Of a DNA stretch of 64,000 nucleotides, positions 28,008 to 38,137 are shown piece by piece. The translations under genes were made by a program, and so were the position numbers. Each line of letters begins with the position of its first letter. Position 1 is the first letter of the stretch. Origin of the DNA: an uncultured Chloroflexia bacterium. GTDB taxonomy: Bacteria; Chloroflexota; Anaerolineae; JAAYZQ01. Location of the stretch: the NCBI GenBank assembly GCA_963700285.1, contig CAVOXA010000010.1:1472001-1536000 (forward strand). The letters run 5' to 3'. The notes beneath the pieces were generated by a model, which was not told the origin of the DNA, did no database searches, and saw only the letters and a list, made by a program, of their open reading frames with translations.

Positions 28008-29133
28008 TGGGGACCAGAAACGCGTGGTCCCTTGCACCCGTGCTCATCGGCCTGACGGGCAACATTGCCACCGGCAAGAGCGAGGTGGCCCGGATGCTGG
28101 CCGGGCTGGGGGCGCGGACCATCGACGCCGACCAGGTCGCCCACGAGGTGATGCGGCCCGGCGGCCCGGCTTACGACGCCGTCGTCGAGGCATTTGGCCC
28201 CGGGATCCTGGCCCCTGATGGCGCCATCGACCGGGCCAAGCTGGGGGCCATCGTCTTTCGCGATGCCCGCGCCCTGCGGCGCCTGGAGGCCGCCGTCCAT
28301 CCGGCGACCATCGCCGAGGTGGACCGCCGCATTGCCGGGGCGACAGAGCCCGTCGTCGTGGTGGAGGCCATCAAGCTCATCGAGGCGGGCATGCACCGAA
28401 ACTATGACGCCCTGTGGGTGGTGATTTCCCCGCGCTCGCTCCAGATCGCGCGGCTGGTGGCCGCGCGGGGCATGACCGGGGAGGAGGCCGCGCTGCGCGT
28501 CGATGCCCAGCCGCCCCAGGAGGAAAAGGCGGCGTTGGCCGATCGCGTGTTTGTCAATGACGGCGACCTGCACGATCTGCGGCAGGAGGTGGAGGCGGCG
28601 TGGGCGCAGACTCTGGGAAGTCGAGACGACCTGATCGTCCGCCCCGTGCGGCGCAGCGACATCCGGGACGCCGCGGGGGTGGCGGCGGTGCTCAACAGCG
28701 TCATCGCCGAAGGGACGTTTACCGCGCTGGCGGGAGCAGTTTACGCCCGAGGCGGAGCTGGCCTTCCTGCAGGGGCTGGGGCCGCGCAGCGAGCTTTTTG
28801 TCGCGGTGGTTGGCGGGCACGATCGTAGGCTTTCAGGTCATCGAGCCCTTTGTGGCCTATACACCGACGATGGATCACGTCTGCCAGCTCGCCACCTACG
28901 TGCGCTCCGGACTCCGGGGACGGGGCATCGGCCGGCGGCTGGCGCAGGCCACCTTTGCCTTTGCCCGGGCGCATGGCTACGAAAAGGCCGTCATCTTTGT
29001 GCTGGCCGCCAACCAGGGCGGCCTGGCCTACTATGGCGGGCTGGGTTTTGAAAAGCGCGGTGTCCTGACCCGCCAGACCAGGATCAACGGCGTGTACCAC
29101 GACGAGGTGTTCCTGGAGATGCACTTTGACTGA
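28007..29133 (+). CDS. coaE: dephospho-CoA kinase fused to a GNAT acetyltransferase (frameshift at about 28735-28810)
   Basis: IGLTGNIATGKS, IDADQVAH and IDRAKLGAIVF, running without a stop into a GNAT start; RGRGIG motif in the next frame. Confidence 0.82.
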
Positions 29134-29136
29134 TCA

Positions 29137-29235
29137 AGACCTGACAGGTTTCCAGAGGCGCTGTGTCAAGAGCGTACAATGGCGCCGGGCAGGCATCTAG
29201 CAGAGCTCAGTCCCCGACAGAAACCTGTCAGGTCT
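29137..29235. repeat. REP-like inverted repeat pair
   Basis: AGACCTGACAGGTTTC (29137-29152) and GAAACCTGTCAGGTCT (29220-29235). Confidence 0.75.
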
Positions 29236-29255
29236 GGCCTTGAGGGAGGAAAGAG

Positions 29256-29480
29256 ATGTCCTTGAGAGCGTTCATACAGCGGCACCCGCAATTGACCGCC
29301 TGGGCCGTACTGGCCCTGGGCATGGTCATCATCCTGCTGTGGGCCGCCAAAGACGTGGGCCTGCTGCCGGGACAATGGGCAGCGTTGATCGTGGCCACGA
29401 TCCTACTCGCGGGTTTGTGCGTGTGGATCATTGGCTGGAACGGGGAGGAAGAAGGGGCCGAGCCCGAGACCGGGGAATAG
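29256..29480 (+). CDS. small two-TM membrane protein
   Basis: GGAGG RBS; two hydrophobic segments and an acidic tail. Confidence 0.7.
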   Translation: MSLRAFIQRHPQLTAWAVLALGMVIILLWAAKDVGLLPGQWAALIVATILLAGLCVWIIGWNGEEEGAEPETGE

Positions 29481-29562
29481 GACGCTGTCCAACCCACGAC
29501 GAGGGACAGATTGGTCCTGTTTTCCAAAGCCGGAGTCATCTATCGACCGTGTGGCACAACCA

Positions 29563-29594
29563 GACCTCGAGGGTTGGGGAAAACCCCCGAGGTC
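29563..29594. repeat. REP-like palindrome
   Basis: GACCTCGAGGGTT-ggggaa-AACCCCCGAGGTC, with the same architecture as the RAYT-flanking REPs. Confidence 0.65.
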
Positions 29595-29696
29595 AGACCG
29601 GCTGGCCCCCGCCCCTGGATTTGCTCTTCTGTGAGTTATGTGTTACTATTGCGGTAATTCTTCTGTTGAACGGGGTTTTCTGGCTGAATCAGGCAG

Positions 29697-32600
29697 ATGG
29701 TACAGGACGTGAGCTTGGAGGACATGCGGCACAGGTTGCAGGACCGGGCCACGGTTATCACCAGCATCTTGCTCCTGTTTATCACGCTGCTGGCGCTGGG
29801 GCTGCGCCTTTTTGGCCTGGATGCCCAGAGCTTGTGGTACGACGAGGCATTTAGCGTCTATCTGGCGCGCATGGGCCTGGGCGAGATCGCGGCCCGTACT
29901 GCCGCCGACATCCAGCCGCCCCTCTACTACTACCTGCTCCACGGCTGGATCCGGTTGCTGGGCGACAGCGAGCGGGCGCTGCGGGGGCTGTCCCTCCTCT
30001 TTGGCGTACTGACCGTGCCCCTCATGTACGCCGTGGCCTGGCAGCTCTTTGCCAGGCTCCCGGGGACCTACCGCCGCCTGGCCGGCCTGCTGGCCGCGCT
30101 GTTGGTGGCCGTGTCGCCGCTGCACGTCTGGTACGGGCAGGAAGCGCGGATGTATACCCTGCTGACCTTCCTCTGCCTGCTGTCCAGTTATCTACTGCTG
30201 ATGGTAATCCCCATGACGATCCGGGGCGGGAACAGGTGGGGGACCCTGGCCCTCTGGGCGGCCTATACCCTGGCCAACATCGCCGCCCTGTACACCCATT
30301 ACTTTGCGGTCTTTATCCTGGGCTTCCAGGGGCTGTACCTGTTTCTGGTGTGGTGGGAGGGCGGGCTGCGACCGGCCCGGTTGATCCTGGGCGGGCTGGC
30401 CTCTCTCCTGGTCGCGGCCCTGGCCTTCATGCCCTGGCTGCCCAACCTCGTCACCCGCTACGGCGCCGACCTGAGCTATTGGCCCGGCCGTCTCAAGTTC
30501 GCCGAAACCCTCCTGGATCTTGTCATCTCTTTCACCGGCGGCGAATCGGTCTTTGAATCCACCGGCGTTCTCCTGGCCATCGGCTACGGCCTGGTCCTCC
30601 TCCTCTGCCTGATAGCGCTCATCGTCCAGGCTGTACGTGTTTGGCTGGAGGGGGATCGCGAGATCCGCGAGCCCGAGCCCAAAATCTGGTTCTTTAAGCT
30701 TCAGTGGTCAACCTTCAACCTCCAACCACGCCCCTTCGACTACCAGCCCCCGGCCTTCGACCACCAACCCCCAACCTTCGACCCCGACCCCCGAGACATG
30801 CAACCTGGGGGACGCAACACGCAACACGCAACACGAATTCCGAATACCCAGTACCCGCTCGCCTTCCTCCTCCTCTACCTGTTCATCACACCCGCCCTCA
30901 TCCTGATCCTGTCCTACAACGCACCCAAGTTCAACCCCCGGTACGCGATGGTGGCCCACCCGGCGCTGGCGCTCATCGTGGCGGGCGGCCTGGCGGTGCT
31001 ATTTCAAAAGGGGACTGGCCGCCTGGGCAACTGGATCCGCTGGACGCTGGCCGGCCTGGCGCTGGCTTACATGCTGGGCGTGTCGGCCTATGCCACGTAT
31101 AACATCTATACCAACCCCGCCTTTTCCCGGGCCGACTTTCGGGGGGTGGCCCGCTACATTGGCCGGCACATTGGGCCGGATGACACCATCATCCTGACTT
31201 CGGGCCACATGTTCCCGGCCTTTGACTATTATGCCCCGGGCGCCGAACGCCACCTGCTGCCCGACAGCCCTACGTTGGACACGACGCGTACCCTGGACTA
31301 TACCATCGGCGGCGAGCTGATGGAGTGGCTGGCCGGCAAGGAAGGGGTGTGGGTGGTGCGCTGGCAGGACGAGGTGGTGGATCCGGTGGGCTACCTGGCC
31401 GCCACGCTGGACGAGGTGGGCGAGGAGCAACCGGTGGATAGGAGCTTTTCCCAGGTAGGCCTGGCCTACTATCGCCTGCCGGCAGGCGGTACGTTGTCAG
31501 GCGGGCCGGCCATCGATCATCCCTCTGACTTGAATTTTGGGAACCGCCTGCAGTTGCTGGGCTATTCGCAGACCGGCGGCCGGCAGGTAACCCTGTTCTG
31601 GCAGGCGCTGCAGCCGCTGGACCAGGACTATCGCGTCTCCCTGGTCCTGCGGGACACCGAGGGGCAAAACTGGGGGGGATGGGATGGACGCCCCACGTCC
31701 TACTACTACCCCACCGATCGCTGGCGGGTGGGGCAGGTTGTTCTGGGCCGCTATGACCTGGCGCCGATTCCCGGGACGCCGCCGGGCGACTATGGGCTGG
31801 AGGTGGGCGTCTATACCGAGGCGGACCCCATGGGCCTGGACGTGCTGGACCAGGAGGGCGCGCCGCAGGGCAAGCGGGCCTTGCCGGGGGGAGTGAGGCT
31901 GGTCCCACCGCCGGCCTCGGCGGAGGAGGTGCAGGCGCCGCACCCGGGCCGGGCCGACCTCGGCGGCGGACTGGCGCTTCAGGGTTGGGATCTGGACGGC
32001 GAACAAGCCCAGCCAGGCGACCGGCTGCGATTGACCCTCATCTGGTCGGTGGAGGCACAGCCCTGGGACGACTACCAGGTCCGGATACTGGTGACCGACG
32101 CGGCGGGCGAGACCCTGGACGCGGGCATCTTTCCCCCGACGGTGGAAGGACATCCCACCAGTGGTTGGCAGGAGGGACAGGCGTGGCGGGGACAGGCGAC
32201 CTTCCGGCTGCCGATCCAGGCTCAGCCCGGGGAAGCGGTTTTGAGTATCCAGCTTTTGGGGCCCGGCGAGACCGTGCTCGGCCCGCCGGTGGCGCTGGCG
32301 CCCATCGAAGTGCTGGCCACGAGCCGGGCCTTTGGCCAGCCCCAGCCGCAGGTGTCCCAGCCCGCGAACCTGGGCGGCAGAATTGCCCTGGTGGGCGCCG
32401 ATCTGGCCCCCAGCCCCGTACAATCCGGCGATGAACTGGCTGTGGTCCTGTACTGGCAGGCACTGACAGAGATGGACGTGCCCTACACCGTATTTGTCCA
32501 CCTCCTGGGACCGGATGGCCGGGTGGTGGCCGGGCACGATGGCGAGCCGGTAGGAGGGGCGAGGCCAACCACCGGTTGGGTGCCGGGGGAATACATAACC

Positions 32601-32768
32601 GATACTCACGAGCTGATCATCCCCGGCGAACTGGACCCGGGCGAGTACGCGATAGAGGTGGGTATGTACGATGCCGGGCTGCCGGCCCTGCCCCGCCTGC
32701 CTGTTCTCGGCGACGGGGGGCAAGCCGAGTCCGACCGGGTGATCCTGGGGGTGGTGCAGGTGCGATGA
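29697..32768 (+). CDS. GT39/PMT-like integral membrane glycosyltransferase with C-terminal extracellular repeats
   Basis: SLWYDE, QPPLYY, QEARMY and LYTHY; C-terminal LxGY/LYWQAL/VFVHL/W.PGE repeats. Confidence 0.85.
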   Translation: MVQDVSLEDMRHRLQDRATVITSILLLFITLLALGLRLFGLDAQSLWYDEAFSVYLARMGLGEIAARTAADIQPPLYYYLLHGWIRLLGDSERALRGLSLLFGVLTVPLMYAVAWQLFARLPGTYRRLAGLLAALLVAVSPLHVWYGQEARMYTLLTFLCLLSSYLLLMVIPMTIRGGNRWGTLALWAAYTLANIAALYTHYFAVFILGFQGLYLFLVWWEGGLRPARLILGGLASLLVAALAFMPWLPNLVTRYGADLSYWPGRLKFAETLLDLVISFTGGESVFESTGVLLAIGYGLVLLLCLIALIVQAVRVWLEGDREIREPEPKIWFFKLQWSTFNLQPRPFDYQPPAFDHQPPTFDPDPRDMQPGGRNTQHATRIPNTQYPLAFLLLYLFITPALILILSYNAPKFNPRYAMVAHPALALIVAGGLAVLFQKGTGRLGNWIRWTLAGLALAYMLGVSAYATYNIYTNPAFSRADFRGVARYIGRHIGPDDTIILTSGHMFPAFDYYAPGAERHLLPDSPTLDTTRTLDYTIGGELMEWLAGKEGVWVVRWQDEVVDPVGYLAATLDEVGEEQPVDRSFSQVGLAYYRLPAGGTLSGGPAIDHPSDLNFGNRLQLLGYSQTGGRQVTLFWQALQPLDQDYRVSLVLRDTEGQNWGGWDGRPTSYYYPTDRWRVGQVVLGRYDLAPIPGTPPGDYGLEVGVYTEADPMGLDVLDQEGAPQGKRALPGGVRLVPPPASAEEVQAPHPGRADLGGGLALQGWDLDGEQAQPGDRLRLTLIWSVEAQPWDDYQVRILVTDAAGETLDAGIFPPTVEGHPTSGWQEGQAWRGQATFRLPIQAQPGEAVLSIQLLGPGETVLGPPVALAPIEVLATSRAFGQPQPQVSQPANLGGRIALVGADLAPSPVQSGDELAVVLYWQALTEMDVPYTVFVHLLGPDGRVVAGHDGEPVGGARPTTGWVPGEYITDTHELIIPGELDPGEYAIEVGMYDAGLPALPRLPVLGDGGQAESDRVILGVVQVR

Positions 32769-32856
32769 TGCCGGCTCAGGCGCCCTTGATTTTTGGCGTG
32801 TGGCAGCAACCTGTGTATAATAGGCATCTGCCGGAAGCAGTGGGAGGTCTGGAAAG

Positions 32857-33174
32857 ATGCCGATTTACTTGTATGAATGTGATTCTTGTGGCGTTCGGTT
32901 TGAGCGCTTGCAGCGCATGTCAGACGACGCCGTGACCGAGTGTCCGGAATGTGAAGGGCACGTGCACCGGGTCATCCAGCCGGTGGGGATTATTTTCAAG
33001 GGTTCGGGGTTTTATATCACCGACAACCGCCAGGTTTCTTCGCCTACGCTGACACCGCCCAAAGAACTCGACAAGCCGGCGGAAAAAAAGGCTCTGGACG
33101 CGGGGGAACCCCCAAAAGAGAAAGAGAAAAAGACGGAGAAAGAAAAAGCGGCTCCGAAAAAGCAGGACGATTGA
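32857..33174 (+). CDS. FmdB family zinc-ribbon protein
   Basis: MPIYLYECDSCG...CPEC...FKGSGFYITD; GGAGG RBS and TGTATAAT upstream. Confidence 0.9.
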   Translation: MPIYLYECDSCGVRFERLQRMSDDAVTECPECEGHVHRVIQPVGIIFKGSGFYITDNRQVSSPTLTPPKELDKPAEKKALDAGEPPKEKEKKTEKEKAAPKKQDD

Positions 33175-33207
33175 CGCCACCAAGGCCACAAACCTGGCTG
33201 GCTAGGG

Positions 33208-33240
33208 CGGGTCCGGAATACCTGGGCCCGTTTTTGTTTT
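33208..33240 (+). terminator. intrinsic terminator
   Basis: CGGGTCCGG-aatac-CTGGGCCCG followed by TTTTTGTTTT. Confidence 0.7.
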
Positions 33241-33281
33241 CCGGCCAAGGATACCCAAAGCGATGGACGGATGGCCGGGAA

Positions 33282-33584
33282 CTAAATCTGGAAACGACCC
33301 GTGGCCGGAACCACCTTGTACTCAAAGTTGGTCACGTACTCGAGCAGGCGGTCCCGCAGTTCGTCCCATTCTTGGCTGCCCAGAATCTCGCGCATGTTCT
33401 CCACATTGTCGGTGACGCCGGCAGTCATGATCTGCGGTCCTTCGCCGTAGAGCGTGTACCAGGCCTCGGTGGGCTGCCAGCCCATCTTCATCAGCTCCGG
33501 GGCAAAGGTCTTCATGGCAAACTCGAAATAGGTTTGTTCTTTGCCCGGGAGAATATCCCAACTCATCAATAGTTTTACTGACAC
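33282..33584 (-). CDS. hypothetical protein
   Basis: 100-aa ORF with GGAGG RBS, co-oriented with the M16 peptidase. Confidence 0.75.
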   Translation of the reverse strand: MSVKLLMSWDILPGKEQTYFEFAMKTFAPELMKMGWQPTEAWYTLYGEGPQIMTAGVTDNVENMREILGSQEWDELRDRLLEYVTNFEYKVVPATGRFQI

Positions 33585-33604
33585 AGGGCTCTAATACCTC
33601 CCAA

Positions 33605-34885
33605 CTAGAGTCTCATTCTATTGCAACCGGCTTGGCCGAGCCGCCGGCCGCCATCGTCAAAGGGCCCAACGATGGCCACGTTGAGGCGTTCAGGCTGGAA
33701 CACGGTCTGGGCCACGCGCTGGATATCGCAGGGCTGGACCGCCTCAAAATGGGCCAGAACCTGAGCGGGATAGAGAACATCGGGACCCAGAAGTTCCTGC
33801 CGGGAAAACCAGGCCGCCGTGGTGAACGAATCCTCCAAGGAGAGGGTCAGCCGGCCTCGGATGAAATCGAGTGCCTTTTGCAGTTCATCCGCGGGCACCG
33901 GGTTCTGTCGCATCTGTTCCAGTTCCTCAAAAATGGCCTGGATGGCCTGCTCCACCCGGGAGGGCGCTACGCCGGCATAGATCCCCACGGCCCCGGTGTC
34001 CAGCAGGGTACTGACAAAAGAGTCGACGCTGTAGGCCAGGCCCAGGCGCTCGCGTACCTGCTGGAACAGGCGGGATCTCATCCCTTCGCCCAGCATCACG
34101 TTGAGCAGGCGCAGCGTGTGCCGGTCGGGATGGCAGCGGGACAGGCCCTCGAAGCTGAGGCAGACGTGCGCCTGTTCCGTATCCTTGAATTCGATGTGAA
34201 CATTGGGGCCACTGTGGTTCGATGGGGCCGGCTCGAAGGAAAAGTCGGGACCGGGTTCCCACTCGCCCAGATGCGCTTGAGCCCAGTCCACCACCATTTG
34301 GTGTTCCACACCGCCGGCGATCCCCAGCACTGTCCTGCTGGGGCGATAGTGATTTTCGAGGTGGGCAAGCAGTGCCGGGCGCCCCAGCCCTGCTACGCTG
34401 TCGCGGGTACCGGCGACGTCGCGTCCCAGAGGATGATCGGGCCACTGGAGCCTGTTCACGGCGATCTGCACGATGCCCTCGGGCGCGTCAAGGGTATAAC
34501 TGATCTCTTCGTAGATGACCGTCCGCTCCTTTTCAATCTCGTCGAGGTCGAATTTGGCGCGCAGGAGCATGTCACTCAGAACGTCCAGCGTTTCGGGCAG
34601 GTGGTGGGCTGCGACCTTGGCCCAATAGAGTGTCGCCTCCAGGCCGGTGCTGGCGTTAAAGATGCCGCCCTTGCCCTCGATGGCCTCGGCAATCTCCAGG
34701 GCGGTGGGCCTGTGGGCCGTGCCTTTGAAGAGCATGTGCTCGATAAAGTGGGAAGCCCCGGCCAGCGCCTCGTCCTCGTAGCGCGAGCCCACGCCCACAA
34801 AAAAGCCAAGGCTTGCCGAATGGACGTGGGGCATTGTCACAGTCAAGATGCGGAGACCGTTGTCCAGCGTCGTGAGTTCATACAT
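33605..34885 (-). CDS. M16 (pitrilysin) family zinc peptidase
   Basis: TLDNGLRI, VGSRYE, inverted zinc motif HFIEHMLFKGT, SRLFQQVRERLGLAYSV. Confidence 0.92.
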   Translation of the reverse strand: MYELTTLDNGLRILTVTMPHVHSASLGFFVGVGSRYEDEALAGASHFIEHMLFKGTAHRPTALEIAEAIEGKGGIFNASTGLEATLYWAKVAAHHLPETLDVLSDMLLRAKFDLDEIEKERTVIYEEISYTLDAPEGIVQIAVNRLQWPDHPLGRDVAGTRDSVAGLGRPALLAHLENHYRPSRTVLGIAGGVEHQMVVDWAQAHLGEWEPGPDFSFEPAPSNHSGPNVHIEFKDTEQAHVCLSFEGLSRCHPDRHTLRLLNVMLGEGMRSRLFQQVRERLGLAYSVDSFVSTLLDTGAVGIYAGVAPSRVEQAIQAIFEELEQMRQNPVPADELQKALDFIRGRLTLSLEDSFTTAAWFSRQELLGPDVLYPAQVLAHFEAVQPCDIQRVAQTVFQPERLNVAIVGPFDDGGRRLGQAGCNRMRL

Positions 34886-34886
34886 G

Positions 34887-35438
34887 TCAGGGGCCTTTGA
34901 GTTGTTGTAGGTATTGAGTGGCCAAGTCGGTGGCGGTCGGGTCTGCTCCAGTATCCAGTTCCCGAAACCGCTCGATGGCCTGGATTGCTTCATCGGTTTT
35001 GCCGCTCTGCGCGTAAACGACACCCAATCCGAAATAGGCTTCGGCCAGCTCAGGGTTGAGTTCAACCGCGACCAGGTACTCTTGCAGCGCCTCGTCGAGT
35101 TGACCCAATTGCACGTGCGCAGCGGCGAGATTGGAGTGGATGTCGGCGTCTTCTGGTTCCAGTTCTATCGCTTTCTGATACTGTGCGATGGCTTCGTCCA
35201 GACGGCCGAGCTGGTAATAGGCAACACCCAGGTTGATCCTGGCCGAGATGAATTCCGCGTCCTCGTCCAGCGCCGCTTCAAATTCCACAGCGGCCTGCTC
35301 GAACTGCTGGGTCTTGGCGAGTTCGTTGCCCTTTTCAAAGTGTTCCTGGGCCGCTGTCGAGTTGGCGCAAGCACTCAGGGCCAGCGCCAAAACCACAATC
35401 ACGGGGAAGAGAGCCCTTGTTGGTTGGGTACGTATCAC
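34887..35438 (-). CDS. tetratricopeptide-repeat lipoprotein
   Basis: Lipobox LSAC; TPRs NLGVAYYQLGRLDEAIAQYQKAIEL; start inferred from an AGGAG RBS. Confidence 0.8.
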   Translation of the reverse strand: MIRTQPTRALFPVIVVLALALSACANSTAAQEHFEKGNELAKTQQFEQAAVEFEAALDEDAEFISARINLGVAYYQLGRLDEAIAQYQKAIELEPEDADIHSNLAAAHVQLGQLDEALQEYLVAVELNPELAEAYFGLGVVYAQSGKTDEAIQAIERFRELDTGADPTATDLATQYLQQLKGP

Positions 35439-35648
35439 GGTCCATATCTCCTGCCGGCCACCTGTGCTCCCTGGCTCAGGAACCATATCCTGGGTTTTTA
35501 CTCCGTGATCTTTTGATTTCTGGCTGTTCAATCTATTGCCACGCAACACAGTGTACCCCAGCTATGTTACAGGCTGAGTTACAGATCAACCGAATCGCCC
35601 ATGGCAAGATAGGGGGATTCTCTTTGGTTTCAGGCATCGCGAACCGGT

Positions 35649-37112
35649 CTAGACGATGCGGAACGAGTCTACCAGAGAACACCGCCGTACCCGGGTAAAG
35701 TCGATGGCGCTGGTCACACCCTCGCCGGTAGGGCTGGCAATGGAAAAGGAGGTAAAGCCCTCACCACCAAAGCCCAACCCAGCCAAACTGGGGCCGTTCT
35801 TGACAAAAATACTGGTATTGATCTCCCGCGACATGCGGCTTAACACATCCAGGTTTTTGGAGTGGATCATTGCCGTGTGCCCCATGCCCTGTTCCACCGC
35901 CTTGGCCAGGTCGATGGCCTGGGCGGCGCTGCGCACCCGCACCAGAGGCATGACCGGCATGAGCTGTTCGGTCCAGACCAGGGGATGCTGCGCATCCGTC
36001 TCGGCCACAACCAGCCGCACGCTTTCCTCGACGTCGACGCCGATTTCGCGCAGGATCAATCTGGGCGACTTGCCTACAAAAGCCTTGTTCACAATGCCAT
36101 GCTTGCCAGGGCCATGATCCTCCGCCAGAATGACCTTCATCAAGCGGTCCAGTTGCTGCCGGGTGATCTCTACCGCCCCGCGCTGAAGCATAATGGCTTT
36201 TAGCTGGCTGGCGATGGCGTCAACAGCGATGATCTCTTTTTCCAGGATGCAGACCACGTTGTTGTCAAAGGAGGCCCCCTTGACAATGTCCCGTGCTGCC
36301 TGTTCCAGATCCGCGGTTTCGTCCACCACGACGGGGGGGTTGCCTGGCCCGGCACAGATCGCTTTCTTTCCGGAACTCATGGCCTCGCGCACCACACCGG
36401 GTCCGCCGGTCACAACGAGCAAGCGGATGGTGGGGTGTTGCATCAGATACTGGGCGCTTTCGATGGTGGGTTCTGTCGGGCAGGTAATCAGGTTAGGCGG
36501 TCCGCCTGCCCGCTTGACAGCCTGGTTGAGTATCTGTACCGTCAAAGCGGAACACTGTTTGGCGCCTGGGTGAGCGTTGAATACGACGGCATTGCCGGCG
36601 GCCAGCATGCCAATGGCGTTGCAGATGATGGTGGAGGTCGGATTGGTACTGGGCGTGATGGCGCCGATGACGCCGTAGGGCGCCCGTTCCACCAGCGTCA
36701 AACCCCGGTCGCCGGTCCAGGCGCTCGCCTGCAGCGCTTCCGCACCCGGCGTACGTTCGGCCACCAGGAGGTTCTTCTCGACCTTGTCCTCCTGACGGCC
36801 CATGCCTGTTTCCTGCCAGGCAGACCTGGCCAGGACCTGGGCGTTCTCCACAACCGCCTGGCGCATCGCATCAATGATGGCCGCTCGCCGTTTCATCGGA
36901 ATGTCGGCCAGCCGCTGCTGGGCCGCAGACGCAGCAGCAATGGCCGCATTGATGTCGGGGTAGACGCCTTCCTGGCCCCCGACCGGCATCACCGGTGGAT
37001 CTGTGGGCTGCACCGCGGCCGGAGGTGGCTGGTCAGTACCGGCTCCTCTCAGGCCGGCCACGACCTGTTGTACGATTTCAGCGATGCGCCGTTCGTCAAG
37101 AGAAAGCGTCAT
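35649..37112 (-). CDS. BMC-associated acylating aldehyde dehydrogenase (EutE/PduP-like)
   Basis: N-terminal encapsulation peptide LDERRIAEIVQQVVAGL; PSTNPT, VTGGPGVV, GPGNPP, SFDNNVVCILEK and SPTGEG. Confidence 0.92.
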   Translation of the reverse strand: MTLSLDERRIAEIVQQVVAGLRGAGTDQPPPAAVQPTDPPVMPVGGQEGVYPDINAAIAAASAAQQRLADIPMKRRAAIIDAMRQAVVENAQVLARSAWQETGMGRQEDKVEKNLLVAERTPGAEALQASAWTGDRGLTLVERAPYGVIGAITPSTNPTSTIICNAIGMLAAGNAVVFNAHPGAKQCSALTVQILNQAVKRAGGPPNLITCPTEPTIESAQYLMQHPTIRLLVVTGGPGVVREAMSSGKKAICAGPGNPPVVVDETADLEQAARDIVKGASFDNNVVCILEKEIIAVDAIASQLKAIMLQRGAVEITRQQLDRLMKVILAEDHGPGKHGIVNKAFVGKSPRLILREIGVDVEESVRLVVAETDAQHPLVWTEQLMPVMPLVRVRSAAQAIDLAKAVEQGMGHTAMIHSKNLDVLSRMSREINTSIFVKNGPSLAGLGFGGEGFTSFSIASPTGEGVTSAIDFTRVRRCSLVDSFRIV

Positions 37113-37405
37113 GCGTCTCCAAACTCGTACTTGACCTGACCGTCGACTTCCCAGGTATCCACCACGGCCATGAGCACCGCGTCGCAGGGTTTCTTGTCGG
37201 TCAGTGTAGTCTGCCGGGCCGACGAGCCGGTGGCATACATCACCACGTCACCGATGCCGGCCTGTACTGCGTCGGCGGCGATAATGTAATCGCCAGTCTC
37301 TTTATTTTCGATATCCAAGCGCTTGACCACGAGGAACTTGAAGCCTTCGAGCTTCTCGTCCTTTTGCGTGGCCACCACCGTACCTACTACTTTACCCAGA
37401 AGCAT
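37109..37405 (-). CDS. BMC pentamer/vertex protein (EutN/CcmL family)
   Basis: MLLGKVVGTVVATQK...DAVQAGIGD...GSSAR...DAVLMAVVD. Confidence 0.93.
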   Translation of the reverse strand: MLLGKVVGTVVATQKDEKLEGFKFLVVKRLDIENKETGDYIIAADAVQAGIGDVVMYATGSSARQTTLTDKKPCDAVLMAVVDTWEVDGQVKYEFGDA

Positions 37406-37445
37406 CGTTCGATCTCTCCAATCCTTTCGAGGGTGCGAACGCTGT

Positions 37446-38135
37446 TCACAGAGACTCTGAAAAGGCCTGTACCCGCTGCCGGGCATTCTCCACCAGCGGC
37501 GGGCCGTGGCCGAAGCAGCACACCTCAAAGTCGAGGGCAGCGATCCGGCGAATGGAATCGTGGGCCTTGGCCATGTCGGGGGTAAACATTGGTGGCGGCG
37601 CCCCCAGCCGGCCCTTCCGGTGATTGATCGCGTCCCCGACGATGGCAATCCCGCGTTCTTTTTGATAGAAGCAGACGCTTCCCGCCGTGTGCCCTGGAAC
37701 GTGTACGACCTGCCAGCCCCCCAGGTCGTCGCCATCGTCCACTCGATGGTCCACCTGTACCGGCGTGTACCGCAAGAGCCGGCGGATAACCCAGTTGACC
37801 AGACGCTGGTATGAGCTGGCCAGCGGCAGTGGTCCCAATTCCCGGTCTGCCTGTCCATCTACCAGAGGCGCATCAGCCCGGTGGACAAACACCCTGGCCC
37901 CAGAGCCGGCCTTGAGGGCAGCCAAACTGCCCATGTGGTCGATGTCGCCGTGGGTCAGCCAGATCTCGCCCACGGCCTGCGGCGGATAGCCCATCGAATC
38001 CAGATGGCGCCACACGGCTCCCGCGCGGCCCGGCGTGGCGGCGTCAATGAGTACCACGCGCTCCGCCTCAAACAGGACGTAGATCTTGGTGTCCCAGATG
38101 CTCTCCACCCAGTGGAGGCCTGGCACAACCTCCAT
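37446..38135 (-). CDS. MBL-fold metallo-hydrolase
   Basis: THGDIDHMG, PGHTAGS, VGDA and FGHG. Confidence 0.9.
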   Translation of the reverse strand: MEVVPGLHWVESIWDTKIYVLFEAERVVLIDAATPGRAGAVWRHLDSMGYPPQAVGEIWLTHGDIDHMGSLAALKAGSGARVFVHRADAPLVDGQADRELGPLPLASSYQRLVNWVIRRLLRYTPVQVDHRVDDGDDLGGWQVVHVPGHTAGSVCFYQKERGIAIVGDAINHRKGRLGAPPPMFTPDMAKAHDSIRRIAALDFEVCCFGHGPPLVENARQRVQAFSESL

Positions 38136-38137
38136 TG

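Noticed and set aside
26076-29133. Programmed frameshifting or true pseudogenisation of ABC-F and coaE-GNAT
   Set aside because: Single-base indels cluster regionally in otherwise well-conserved genes with no in-frame nonsense decay, which is most consistent with long-read consensus errors.
31497-34900. Long antisense ORFs (e.g. 31497-32723, 33632-34900)
   Set aside because: They are shadow ORFs opposite well-supported high-GC genes and carry no recognisable motifs.
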